From Phycisphaerae bacterium (GTDB taxonomy: Bacteria > Planctomycetota > Phycisphaerae > Sedimentisphaerales > UBA12454), in contig JBAZTW010000003.1 of the NCBI GenBank assembly GCA_041661665.1, positions 7,088 to 71,087 of the forward strand: DNA of 64,000 bases, in the 5' to 3' direction. A program made the translations under genes and the position numbers. Of the stretch, positions 55,629 to 64,000 are shown in pieces. Position 1 is the stretch's first letter; each line of letters opens with the position of its first letter. The notes beneath the pieces are model-generated. The model was not told the origin of the DNA and did no database searches. It saw nothing but the letters and a program-made list of their open reading frames with translations.

Positions 55629-56645
55629 ATGCCCCAACAAAACAAACAGCTTCGCACAGCGATTATCGGCGCAGGAAAAATGGGAAATATCCACGCAAAG
55701 GTTCTGTATAAACTTCCACAGAGCAGGCTTGTCGCGATAGCTGATGTTCAGCAGGACAAAGGCAAAAAACTCGCCAAAGAATACAAATGCGAATATTTTT
55801 CCGATGTCAGGGATTTAGTCGGCAAAGTTGATGCGGTAACAATTTCCGCTCCGACAAAAAGCCATCTTGCCCTGGCTGAAGTTTTAATCAGCAATAGAAT
55901 TCCCGTACTTATCGAAAAGCCTCTTGCCGCCAGTTCCCAGGAAGGACGAAAAATTGTCGCTTTGGCAAAAGAGTATAACACAATCGTTGCCGTGGGACAC
56001 TCCGAAAGATGCAATCCGGTTGTGCAGGCGATGCAGCGTTTGAAGATTGAGGCTAAATTTATCGAGGCAACTCGAATAAGCCCATATTCATTTCGCTCCA
56101 CAGACATCGGCGTTGTTTTGGATATGATGATTCACGATATCGACATTATCCTTGCGCTTGCCCAGAGCAAAATTGTAAAAGTTGACGCCGCCGGCGTAAA
56201 TGTAATCGGCGATTATGAAGATATCTGTAATGCGAGAATTGTTTTTGCCAATGGCTGTATTGCCAATGTAACCGCATCGAGGCTTGCCCTCAAGACCGTC
56301 CGCAAAATAAGAGTGTTCAGCAGGCAGGCGTATTTGAGTCTTGATTTTTTCAAAAAAGAGGGAGTCATCATAAAAACTGATGGCAATATTGACGCTGTAA
56401 AATGGGTCAAGGAAAAGCAGGCACAGGGCGACTTTGATTTTACCGGCGTGAATTGGCCTGATTTGCTTCACATCGAGCAGCTCGATATTGACGACAGAGA
56501 ACCGCTGCGAGTTGAGCAGGAATCATTTTTAAATTCCATTCTCGATAATTCTCTTCGGCCTGAAGTAACCGCTGAAGAAGGCCTTGCCGCCCTCGAATGC
56601 GCAGAGGCGATTTTAAAATCACTCAAAGAACATCCCTGGGATTAA
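55629..56645 (+). CDS. Gfo/Idh/MocA family oxidoreductase
   Basis: Rossmann N-terminus IIGAGKMGNIHA; 338 aa. Confidence 0.8.
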   Translation: MPQQNKQLRTAIIGAGKMGNIHAKVLYKLPQSRLVAIADVQQDKGKKLAKEYKCEYFSDVRDLVGKVDAVTISAPTKSHLALAEVLISNRIPVLIEKPLAASSQEGRKIVALAKEYNTIVAVGHSERCNPVVQAMQRLKIEAKFIEATRISPYSFRSTDIGVVLDMMIHDIDIILALAQSKIVKVDAAGVNVIGDYEDICNARIVFANGCIANVTASRLALKTVRKIRVFSRQAYLSLDFFKKEGVIIKTDGNIDAVKWVKEKQAQGDFDFTGVNWPDLLHIEQLDIDDREPLRVEQESFLNSILDNSLRPEVTAEEGLAALECAEAILKSLKEHPWD

Positions 56646-56664
56646 AAATAATTGTTAAAGCATT

Positions 56665-56692
56665 CAGAGCCCAAGCGATAGCGCAGGGTGTT
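56665..56692 (+). repeat. repeat family R3
   Basis: CAGAGCCCAAGCGATAGCGCAGGGTGTT. Confidence 0.8.
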
Positions 56693-56719
56693 GTAGGGGC
56701 AGCCTGTGTGTCTGCCCGC
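56693..56719 (+). repeat. repeat family R2 (1-nt shorter)
   Basis: GTAGGGGCAGCCTGTGTGTCTGCCCGC. Confidence 0.8.
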
Positions 56720-56735
56720 TTCCTTTTTAACAGTT

Positions 56736-56761
56736 GTAGGGTGGGCTCTTAGCCCACGCGG
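56736..56761 (+). repeat. repeat family R1
   Basis: Exact 26-mer. Confidence 0.85.
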
Positions 56762-56897
56762 AAATTAATAATTACAATGTCAATCTGTGCCTTTATCATT
56801 TTGTTAGAGTTTTCTAATAGACCAACAAAAATGCCGCAGGCCTTTTGCGAGGAACTGCGGCATTTATATTTTGTGAATCTATTTCGTCAGACAGAAA

Positions 56898-57665
56898 TTA
56901 TTCCATTTTCCATAACCTTTTGACGCTGCCTATTCTTATTTTGAGTATGGCGACATTCTTGCAGAGAATCAGTCTTACCCTGCCGGCATCGAGAGTCGAA
57001 TGGTCGAAATCCATTCCGCCTTCTTCGACTAATCTTGTAGCAAGCTGAGGCGACTGGCTGAGAACATAAAGAATTCTCTCAATAGTCTGGTTGGTCATCA
57101 TTGCGCCGGTATCGACAACCTTGCTGTCTTTTCTTACTTCCAGAAAATCATCGCGAGTTATGTCGAGCATTTTCTTGACTATGGCGATTCGCTTTTCGTT
57201 TTCGCTCGCGTATGGCTCGGCCAGAGTCTTCTCATCAAGAATCATCTGACAATCGAACCTCATTTTCTGGCCTTCATTATGCAGATGCCAGGGCTTTTCA
57301 TCGACCGCCAGAAAATACTTGCGGGCTACCGTGGAATCCTCTTCATCGAACGCTGCCATTGTAACCCAGAACTGGTAAGTCTTTTTCTTTTCGTCCCAGC
57401 AGGCTACGACGCTTTCGCTTTGGCTTATAAGCTCTTTTTTATGCAGCTTTATGTTTTCCAGAACCTCGGCGCTGGTAGTCTGCTTGAGTTCCATATTTTT
57501 ATACGCATCGGGCAGTCTGTTTGTATAAGGTTTCGGTTCCTTTGCAACTCTTTCGAGAGGTTCTTCAATTCCGCAGCCTGCGAAAAATGCCGCTGCGAGC
57601 ATCGAAACGACAAAAGTTATGGAAACATTAGCCTTCACGCCAGTTCCTTTCAAATAAACCGCCAA
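56898..57665 (-). CDS. hypothetical lipoprotein
   Basis: Lipobox FFAGC. The start may be further downstream. Confidence 0.5.
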   Translation of the reverse strand: MAVYLKGTGVKANVSITFVVSMLAAAFFAGCGIEEPLERVAKEPKPYTNRLPDAYKNMELKQTTSAEVLENIKLHKKELISQSESVVACWDEKKKTYQFWVTMAAFDEEDSTVARKYFLAVDEKPWHLHNEGQKMRFDCQMILDEKTLAEPYASENEKRIAIVKKMLDITRDDFLEVRKDSKVVDTGAMMTNQTIERILYVLSQSPQLATRLVEEGGMDFDHSTLDAGRVRLILCKNVAILKIRIGSVKRLWKME

Positions 57666-57687
57666 TTTTTTATTTTACTAAAGCCGA

Positions 57688-58689
57688 TTAAGCTTCTTTA
57701 GCGTTAATCCACTTCATCATTTTGCGAAGTTTTCTGCCGACCACTTCGAGCTGACAATCGTGGTCTTTATTGTAAAGCTCGTTGAATTTCTTCATTCCGC
57801 CCTGATATTCAGCAACCCATTCTTTCGCGAATTGGCCGCTGGTTATTTCAGCGAGAATCTTTTTCATCTCTGCCTTGGTCTGGTCGGTAATGATTCTCGA
57901 CCCTCTTGTCAGGTCGCCGTATTCAGCGGTGTTTGAAATGCTGTACCGCATATAGCTCATCCCGCCCTGATACATCAGGTCAACAATCAGCTTAACTTCG
58001 TGCATGCATTCAAAATAAGCAATCTCCGGCTGATAGCCCGCGTTGACAAGCGTCTCGAAGCCGGCCTTTATCAAAGAAGTCAAACCGCCGCACAGAACTA
58101 CCTGCTCGCCGAACAAGTCGGTTTCGGTTTCCTCTTTGTATGTTGTTTCGATAATGCCCGCTCTTGCGCCGCCTACGCCGTTGCCCCAGGCAAGTGCGAT
58201 TTCCTTTGCGTTGCCGGTTGCGTTCTGCTCGACAGCTACGATGCACGGAACTCCGCCGCCTTTTTCATATTCGCTGCGAACCAAATGGCCGGGGCCTTTT
58301 GGCGCAATCATAACAATGTTGACATCCTTTGGCGGAACAATGTATTTGAAATGGATATTAAATCCATGACAGAATCCCAGTGTTTGCCCGCTCTTGAGAT
58401 TCGGAGCAATCTGAGTTGCGTAAATTTTGCCCTGCATCTCATCAGGCAGTGTAATAATAATGAGCGTTGCTCCGTTCATCGCAGTCTTGATATCGCCGGG
58501 TGTAAAGCCGTGCGACTGTGCGATTTTGAAATTGTCAGTGCCTGGGAGTTCAGCAACCGCTACTTCGATTCCGCTGTCTCTAAGGTTCTGACTGTGAGCG
58601 TGTCCCTGACTGCCATAGCCGATGACCGCTACTTTTTTGCCTTTCAGTGCGCCGATTGGTGCATCTGCTTCATAATAAATCTTTGCCAT
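57688..58689 (-). CDS. ilvC: ketol-acid reductoisomerase
   Basis: [19 protein letters not shown]. Confidence 0.93.
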   Translation of the reverse strand: MAKIYYEADAPIGALKGKKVAVIGYGSQGHAHSQNLRDSGIEVAVAELPGTDNFKIAQSHGFTPGDIKTAMNGATLIIITLPDEMQGKIYATQIAPNLKSGQTLGFCHGFNIHFKYIVPPKDVNIVMIAPKGPGHLVRSEYEKGGGVPCIVAVEQNATGNAKEIALAWGNGVGGARAGIIETTYKEETETDLFGEQVVLCGGLTSLIKAGFETLVNAGYQPEIAYFECMHEVKLIVDLMYQGGMSYMRYSISNTAEYGDLTRGSRIITDQTKAEMKKILAEITSGQFAKEWVAEYQGGMKKFNELYNKDHDCQLEVVGRKLRKMMKWINAKEA

Positions 58690-58859
58690 TTTACAAAAGC
58701 TCCTAAATAAACAGTTATTATGTATCCGGTTTGGTAGTAAAACACCAATATGTTTTTACACCGAATCAGGCCTTTTTGCAAGGGAATTTAAACTTTCCGA
58801 TTTTTTCTAAATCGTATATAATGCCGGTATTAAATGATAACTTTTCAGGAGTTTTGAAA

Positions 58860-59126
58860 ATGTGTGAAAGTTGCGGCTGTCATAAAAATGACGAAAACAG
58901 TATAAAAGACAAAGTGATTGAGGTTATAAATGGTATCCGTCCGATGCTCCAAAACGACGGCGGCGATATTGATTTTATTGAACTCACTGCCGACAATGTA
59001 GTTAAGGTTCGGCTTCAGGGAGCCTGCAGAGGTTGTCCCGGCGCTGCGATGACGCTGAAAATGGGTGTTGAAAGACTTATGAAAGAGCGCGTCCCGGAAA
59101 TTAAAGAAGTCGTAGCAGTCAAATAA
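58860..59126 (+). CDS. NifU C-terminal domain (Nfu-like) Fe-S scaffold protein
   Basis: Start at MCESCGC; LQGACRGCPGAAMTLK. Confidence 0.8.
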   Translation: MCESCGCHKNDENSIKDKVIEVINGIRPMLQNDGGDIDFIELTADNVVKVRLQGACRGCPGAAMTLKMGVERLMKERVPEIKEVVAVK

Positions 59127-59382
59127 TCTGTCAAAGTTTCTTTGCGTATTGTCCGGCGGCGAAGCTGTTTCTACTGGCTGCCGGCTATTTTGGGGCTCAA
59201 GTTCATGGCGGTAGGAACAACATCTAACGTTTTAGCGAAACTGTACTTACGCTTCGGCTGTTTTTGTAGGTGTTTGCGGAATTGTTTTTCTGCTGCGGAG
59301 TCTGCTGCTTATTAAGGAAGCGATTCAATCGCTGATGTTAAGCAAAAAAACTTCCTGACATAGCTTTTATTTTTTCAGACTG

Positions 59383-60639
59383 CTAAATTATATTTATCGG
59401 AATGGCGTATATATTTTTGCCCATAGGCAGTAACTCTTTGCACAGACAGAGGACTCCGCCGCCGTCTATTTGCCCTAATCGACTAACTGTTGAAAATGCG
59501 CTTATCCACTTTTTTTTCGGGCTTGCGGATTTTTTAACTTCCAGCGGATAAAACTTTTGATTTTGCGTTATAAGGAAATCCATTTCTACGCCGTCTTTGT
59601 CGCGGTAGTAATAAATGGAAGGCATTTTGCACTGATGCCACCAGCTTTTGAGTATTTCAGCGAGAGCGTAAGTTTCAAGTATTGCCCCCGACATTGCTCC
59701 CACAGATAATGCTTTGGATGTTGTCCATTCTGTCAGATACGAGCACAACCCTGTATCCAGGAAGTATAATTTAGGCCTTTTGACTAATCTTTTTGTCAAA
59801 TTACTGTGATAAGGCTGTAATAAAAACACCTGAAAACTTGCCTGTAATATGGATAGCCAGTTTTTTGCGGTTTTGACTGAAATATCCGCATCTCGTGCCA
59901 GCTCAGTGAGGTTTAAAATTTGTGCGGTTCTGGCGGCACATGCCCTTAGAAATGTCAGAAAAGCGCCTTCATCGCCAACCTGTGCAAGATCGCGGACATC
60001 TCTTTCGAGATAAGTTCTAAGATAAGAACTGTAAAATACTTCCCAGTCTTTCACTTTGCTGGTTACCAGAGCGGGAAAACTGCCCTGCCAGATTTCATCA
60101 TAAATATTTTTTGATTCCACATTTTTAATTTTTGTTAGTCTGTTTTCGAGAAGTTCCCGCATCGGCAAAAAAGGCAGCTCTTCAATATTTTCCCGATGTC
60201 GTTCGTTCCCGGAAAAACCAAGCATATTTATAATAGCCACTCTGCCTGCAAGAGTTTCGGTAATGCCGCGCATCATTTGAAACTGCTGAGAACCTGTAAG
60301 CCAAAATTGTCCTGCTTTGTGATTGGAATCAACTTCCATTTTGATGTATGACAACAAACCTGGCGCGTATTGTATTTCATCAATTAAAATAGGCGGCTGG
60401 TATCTTCTAAAAAACGTAGCAGGGTCTTCTTTTGCCAGCAGCCGTTTATCAGGGTCATCAAGAGTTACATAGGTACGCCCCTGTTCCGAAATATGTTTAA
60501 GAAACGTGGTTTTTCCTATCTGCCTGGGGCCGGTCAGCAGCAGCACAGGAAATTGTTCTGATATTTCAAGCCATCTATTATAGAGTGTTCTTTTATAATA
60601 CATAATATATTTATCGTCTATTATGGACTTGGAGTCCAT
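59383..60639 (-). CDS. AAA+ ATPase with DUF4143-like C-terminal domain
   Basis: Walker A LLLTGPRQIGKTT; Walker B ILIDEIQ; 418 aa. Confidence 0.8.
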   Translation of the reverse strand: MDSKSIIDDKYIMYYKRTLYNRWLEISEQFPVLLLTGPRQIGKTTFLKHISEQGRTYVTLDDPDKRLLAKEDPATFFRRYQPPILIDEIQYAPGLLSYIKMEVDSNHKAGQFWLTGSQQFQMMRGITETLAGRVAIINMLGFSGNERHRENIEELPFLPMRELLENRLTKIKNVESKNIYDEIWQGSFPALVTSKVKDWEVFYSSYLRTYLERDVRDLAQVGDEGAFLTFLRACAARTAQILNLTELARDADISVKTAKNWLSILQASFQVFLLQPYHSNLTKRLVKRPKLYFLDTGLCSYLTEWTTSKALSVGAMSGAILETYALAEILKSWWHQCKMPSIYYYRDKDGVEMDFLITQNQKFYPLEVKKSASPKKKWISAFSTVSRLGQIDGGGVLCLCKELLPMGKNIYAIPINII

Positions 60640-60829
60640 AATAGACGGTAAAATTATTTATGTCAATATAATTTCATAATGTTATTTTGTTCTCAAAAAC
60701 AGCCATAACACCTTTGTATTCAATATGTTATGCATTGTCAATGGTTTCTAATATGAAAAGACCGTAGTGTTGCCAAAAATCATAAATCCAGAAATAAAAA
60801 TCGTGGGTTAAAAATTTTTCTATTTTTTT

Positions 60830-60844
60830 GTTTGCATTGCAAAC
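60830..60844. promoter_or_regulatory. 7-1-7 perfect inverted repeat GTTTGCA-T-TGCAAAC (candidate operator)
   Basis: Read directly. Lies ~60 nt upstream of the ATG at 60906 and overlaps a TTGCAT...TATTAT promoter-like stretch. Confidence 0.35.
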
Positions 60845-60905
60845 AAGTTTGTGTTATTATATTATATATCAGGGCAAGAAATTAGAATTTAAAAGGAGCA
60901 AAATT

Positions 60906-61655
60906 ATGAATACCCAGCAGAATCAAACGCCGCAGGATACGGAAAAACTCAAAGAAATTCCAAAATGGACACGCAAGTATGCACAAAATCGAACGTTGAC
61001 TAATCTTGCATTTATGGCGATAAACCTACTTTTTATTGTGGCCATCGGAGGATTGTCGCTTTTGGCAGGAATAGCGTCTAAGACAGGTCATCCGATATTA
61101 TCATGCGTTTGTACTGTTGTGTTAATTGCCGTATTGATACTCCTGTTTATTGTCGGCATTCCAAAGTTTGGCGGCGTAAAAATCTGGAGGTGGATAGACC
61201 GACGAATATACGGCCAGGAAGGAATCGCCTCGATACCAGAACCTGAATTAATGAAGAAAAAGAAATGGTTAGGTTATGTTGTTGCAATAATATTTGGCAG
61301 TTGTGTTATGGGGTCTGTGTTTTTGGGTGGAAAGTATAATCTCCCAATTAAATATATGCAGCCGATATCGGCGATTTATTTAGTTCCATTTATGACCTTT
61401 TTGTATTTCTGGCAAAGGCCGAAAGTGAGTCCAATATTACTTCTTTGGCCGATACTTTATGCTATTCATGCGATATTGATTGTTGCAGGTGTGCCGATAT
61501 TATTTACAGGAAATTTTACTGGCTTGAATATGTTTTTGCCGACATTCGGATATGGGGTTTTGACTTTTACAATCGGCCACATTTACAGTCGCTATGCGTT
61601 GAAAAAGTTAAAAGGCATTGCACGTCTTGAAGGAGAGGCGGCTAATGGAGCTTGA
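60906..61655 (+). CDS. hypothetical multi-pass membrane protein
   Basis: Start at MNTQQNQ, after an AAGGAG site; at least 6 hydrophobic segments. Confidence 0.55.
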   Translation: MNTQQNQTPQDTEKLKEIPKWTRKYAQNRTLTNLAFMAINLLFIVAIGGLSLLAGIASKTGHPILSCVCTVVLIAVLILLFIVGIPKFGGVKIWRWIDRRIYGQEGIASIPEPELMKKKKWLGYVVAIIFGSCVMGSVFLGGKYNLPIKYMQPISAIYLVPFMTFLYFWQRPKVSPILLLWPILYAIHAILIVAGVPILFTGNFTGLNMFLPTFGYGVLTFTIGHIYSRYALKKLKGIARLEGEAANGA

Positions 61656-61932
61656 CAAAATTATTCATGAGCCGGCAAGATTGAGAATTATGATGATTCT
61701 GGCTGGAATCGAACAGGCGGATTTTAATTTCCTGCTGACGACACTTAATTTGACAAGAGGCAATTTGTCTCGGCACATAGAGAAACTTGAATCCGCAGAT
61801 TATGTCAAAGTCAAAAAATCATTCAATGGCAAAATGCCGAATACCAACTATCAAATTACACAAAAAGGAACAAAAGCTCTGGCTCAATATTGGGAAAACC
61901 TTGATGCCGTTCGGCGATTAGGCCAATCGTGA
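61645..61932 (+). CDS. winged-helix transcriptional regulator (HTH_34-like)
   Basis: IHEPARLRIMMILA...LTRGNLSRHIEKLESADYV...; overlaps the upstream gene by 11 nt. Confidence 0.7.
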   Translation: MELDKIIHEPARLRIMMILAGIEQADFNFLLTTLNLTRGNLSRHIEKLESADYVKVKKSFNGKMPNTNYQITQKGTKALAQYWENLDAVRRLGQS

Positions 61933-61965
61933 TAAATGTTAAGGCAATTTTAATAATTGCAAAAC

Positions 61966-61993
61966 CAGAGCCTGGAGCGAAAGCGACAGGTGT
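61966..61993 (+). repeat. repeat family R4
   Basis: CAGAGCCTGGAGCGAAAGCGACAGGTGT. Confidence 0.8.
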
Positions 61994-62002
61994 AAAAGTT
62001 TC

Positions 62003-62028
62003 GTAGGGTGGGCTCTTAGCCCACGCGG
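62003..62028 (+). repeat. repeat family R1
   Basis: Exact 26-mer. Confidence 0.85.
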
Positions 62029-62108
62029 TTCATTAAAAACTTTGTAACATTTTAGCCAAATGTAAAAAAATAGGAAACCGCCTATGGCGGAAGCTATTTT
62101 ATACTGGA

Positions 62109-62126
62109 TTCCCGCTTTCGCGGGAA
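62109..62126. repeat. short hairpin element TTCCCGC-TTTC-GCGGGAA
   Basis: See 41716-41733. Confidence 0.4.
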
Positions 62127-62193
62127 TGACAAGTTGTATTTAGCACTTGGCTAAAGTATTACGAATTTTTAATTTTAAATGGTGAATTGATGA

Positions 62194-62218
62194 CCGCTCC
62201 ATTACTGTCGTGGCTCTG
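62194..62218 (-). repeat. repeat family R5
   Basis: CCGCTCCATTACTGTCGTGGCTCTG. Confidence 0.7.
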
Positions 62219-62240
62219 ATAGGCCAAATTGAAAATTATT

Positions 62241-62267
62241 TCTCTGCGTTCTCTGTGCCCTCTGTGG
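62241..62267 (-). repeat. repeat family R6 variant
   Basis: Reverse complement reads CCACAGAGGGCACAGAGAACGCAGAGA. Abuts the stop codon at 62268. Confidence 0.6.
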
Positions 62268-63995
62268 CTATTCTGTCTTCTGTAGATGTTTTAGCAGGTA
62301 ATCTTTATCTGGTCCGCCAAGGTGTTGCCATGGCAGGATTTCATCGTGGTCAAATTTTCTTTCGGCTGTTCTGTGCAGGTCAAGGCCGAATTGTTTGAAA
62401 GCGTTCTGCCATAAATCCAAATTAAAGCACTCATCCCACAAATCAAACCTTGCGCCGTTTTTATAAACGTATTCCAGCACATCAGCCATTCTGCGGTCTG
62501 CTCTGCCGATGGCGGATTCCAGAACGCTTCTGCGGATGTCGTGGAATTTGAAATTGATGCACCTTGCGCCAAGCCGATTCTTTTCTGAAATAATAATATC
62601 TTTTGCGTTTCTAAAATACGCTTCACTTTGCTGGCCGTTCCAGCCGAACGGTGTGTGAGCTTTCGGCACGAACCAGCTTATCGCGGCGCTGATGGACGCG
62701 AGTTTGCCGCAGACTTTTCTTCGCAGACCGGCCAGATTGTAGCAGAGTTTTACAATTTCTTTTATATCATCTTCAGTTTCGCCGGGCAGACCCGCCATAA
62801 AATAAAGTTTCACGCTTTCAAAGCCCTGCTTATACGCTTCTTCAATAGCGGCGAAAAGATTTTCGTTTGTAATGGGTTTGTTGATTATCTGGCGGAGTCG
62901 TTCGCTTGCCGCTTCGACAGCAATGGTCAGGCCGCTTTTGCGAACGCTTGTAGCGAGTTTGGGCAGCAGTCTCAATTGCGTATCGACCCGCAGGCTCGGC
63001 AGAGAAATCCCAACGTGCAGCGGCTCAAAATATTCTTTAAGAGAAGTGATGACTTCCTCAAGATACGGATAATCAGCAGTCGAAAGACTCAACAGCCCGA
63101 TTGTATCAAAACCGGTTGCCTTATACGCGGCCTTTGCGATTTCCAAAATCCTCTGCGGACTTCTGAAGCGGACAGGTCTGCGGCAAAAACTTGCCTGACA
63201 GAAATTACATCGCCCCGGACAGCCGCGCATTACCTCGATACTTATTCTTTCGTGAACTGCTTCCATAAAAGGCACTATCGGCTTGTCGGCGACTATAGAA
63301 GTGTCAAGGTCGTCAATAAAGGCATCAGTGAATTTTGTAGGCAGGCCGGGTTCAATCGGAGTAAATGATTTTATCTTCTCTCCGGCATATTCAAATTTAT
63401 AAAGCGAGGGGACATAAATAAAATTAAATTCCTTTGCGACGTTTATGAGCAGTTGTTTTTTTGCGATATTATTTTTTTTCTGCTCAATAATAAATTTCGC
63501 AAGTTCGATAACAGCTTCCTCGGCCTGTCCGAGCAGGAACATATCGAAAAATTCCGCCGCCGGTTCGCAGCAGTTGGCCATACCAGCTCCGCCGAGTATA
63601 AGCGGATAATTTTCATTTCGGTCTTTACTCCGCAGCGGAATACCCGCCAAATCAAGAGTGTTCAGCACGCCCGTCCAGCACATTTCATTGGTAAGACTGA
63701 AACCGAGAACGTCAAAATCCTTAACAGCGGCCTTTGACTCAAGCGTGTAGAGCGGGATGTTTTTTTGCTTCATTATTTCCTGCGCATCGAGCCAGGGCAG
63801 AAAGACACGCTCGGCGGCGATGTTCTCGATGCTGTTAAGAGCGGCATAAACGAGCGCAAGGCCGGTATGGCTTGTGCCGATTTCATAGGCATCGGGAAAA
63901 CACAGGGCTGCTTTTAAATCGCAGCGGTTTAGGTCTTTTTTAATTTGATTAACTTCGCCGCCGATATAGCGGGACGGCGTTCTAACAAAAGGCAA
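62268..63995 (-). CDS. B12-binding-domain radical SAM protein (TIGR03960-like), N-terminus probably beyond the window
   Basis: RYIGGEVN N-terminal motif; MRGCPGRCNFCQA (CxxxCxxC). The TTG at 63995 may not be the true start. Confidence 0.8.
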   Translation of the reverse strand: MPFVRTPSRYIGGEVNQIKKDLNRCDLKAALCFPDAYEIGTSHTGLALVYAALNSIENIAAERVFLPWLDAQEIMKQKNIPLYTLESKAAVKDFDVLGFSLTNEMCWTGVLNTLDLAGIPLRSKDRNENYPLILGGAGMANCCEPAAEFFDMFLLGQAEEAVIELAKFIIEQKKNNIAKKQLLINVAKEFNFIYVPSLYKFEYAGEKIKSFTPIEPGLPTKFTDAFIDDLDTSIVADKPIVPFMEAVHERISIEVMRGCPGRCNFCQASFCRRPVRFRSPQRILEIAKAAYKATGFDTIGLLSLSTADYPYLEEVITSLKEYFEPLHVGISLPSLRVDTQLRLLPKLATSVRKSGLTIAVEAASERLRQIINKPITNENLFAAIEEAYKQGFESVKLYFMAGLPGETEDDIKEIVKLCYNLAGLRRKVCGKLASISAAISWFVPKAHTPFGWNGQQSEAYFRNAKDIIISEKNRLGARCINFKFHDIRRSVLESAIGRADRRMADVLEYVYKNGARFDLWDECFNLDLWQNAFKQFGLDLHRTAERKFDHDEILPWQHLGGPDKDYLLKHLQKTE

Positions 63996-64000
63996 AAGCT

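Noticed and set aside
54558-56770. Possible CRISPR array, because R1 and R2 are 26-28-nt palindromic repeats that recur
   Set aside because: The copies are dispersed singly or in mixed stacks. They lack regular unique spacers of 30-40 nt, and different families alternate. No cas genes are present.

Overview
This 64-kb window looks like a chromosomal segment of a diderm bacterium, since BamA, Skp, LpxD, an LpxC-FabZ fusion and LpxA are all present. The RpoZ-like sequence, a dockerin-tagged peptidase and a dense set of short intergenic repeat 'words' suggest PVC/Planctomycetota (Phycisphaerae-like), but that is inference only. I call about 62 CDS and one tRNA-Gln. I recognise no rRNA, CRISPR array, transposase or integrase.

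Most of the window is housekeeping:
- folE, pepA and prfB (with the classic +1 frameshift), then purB, pyrE and a split coaC/coaB.
- rpoZ-gmk-yicC, secG-tpiA, pheA, pgsA and typA.
- frr-pyrH-tsf-rpsB, rodA/ftsW, and glmU-prs-ctc-pth.
- rpsF-ssb-rpsR-rplI-dnaB, bamA-skp-lpxD-lpxC/fabZ-lpxA, ilvC and an nfu-like gene.

Parts worth a second look:
1. An AT-rich 2.5-kb islet (37820-40332) is bracketed by a 13-bp direct repeat. It carries a DUF3800-like gene and a nuclease-like/RNase HI/Zn-ribbon fusion next to a truncated Bro-N gene. This is my best candidate for an undescribed defence-type module.
2. A tightly coupled kamA + 2x Ddl-like ATP-grasp + GNAT operon (13791-17626) suggests an undescribed beta-lysine-derived product.
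3. A second AT-rich islet (17650-19446) holds a secreted protein and an HNH-like protein.
4. At least ten families of 25-40-nt interspersed repeats are stacked in intergenic spacers. Some supply stop codons, and one sits at the split of coaBC.

All calls rest on motif recognition in the ORF-track translations and on reading the sequence by eye. No searches were run. Coordinates of repeats and sites are +-2 nt.
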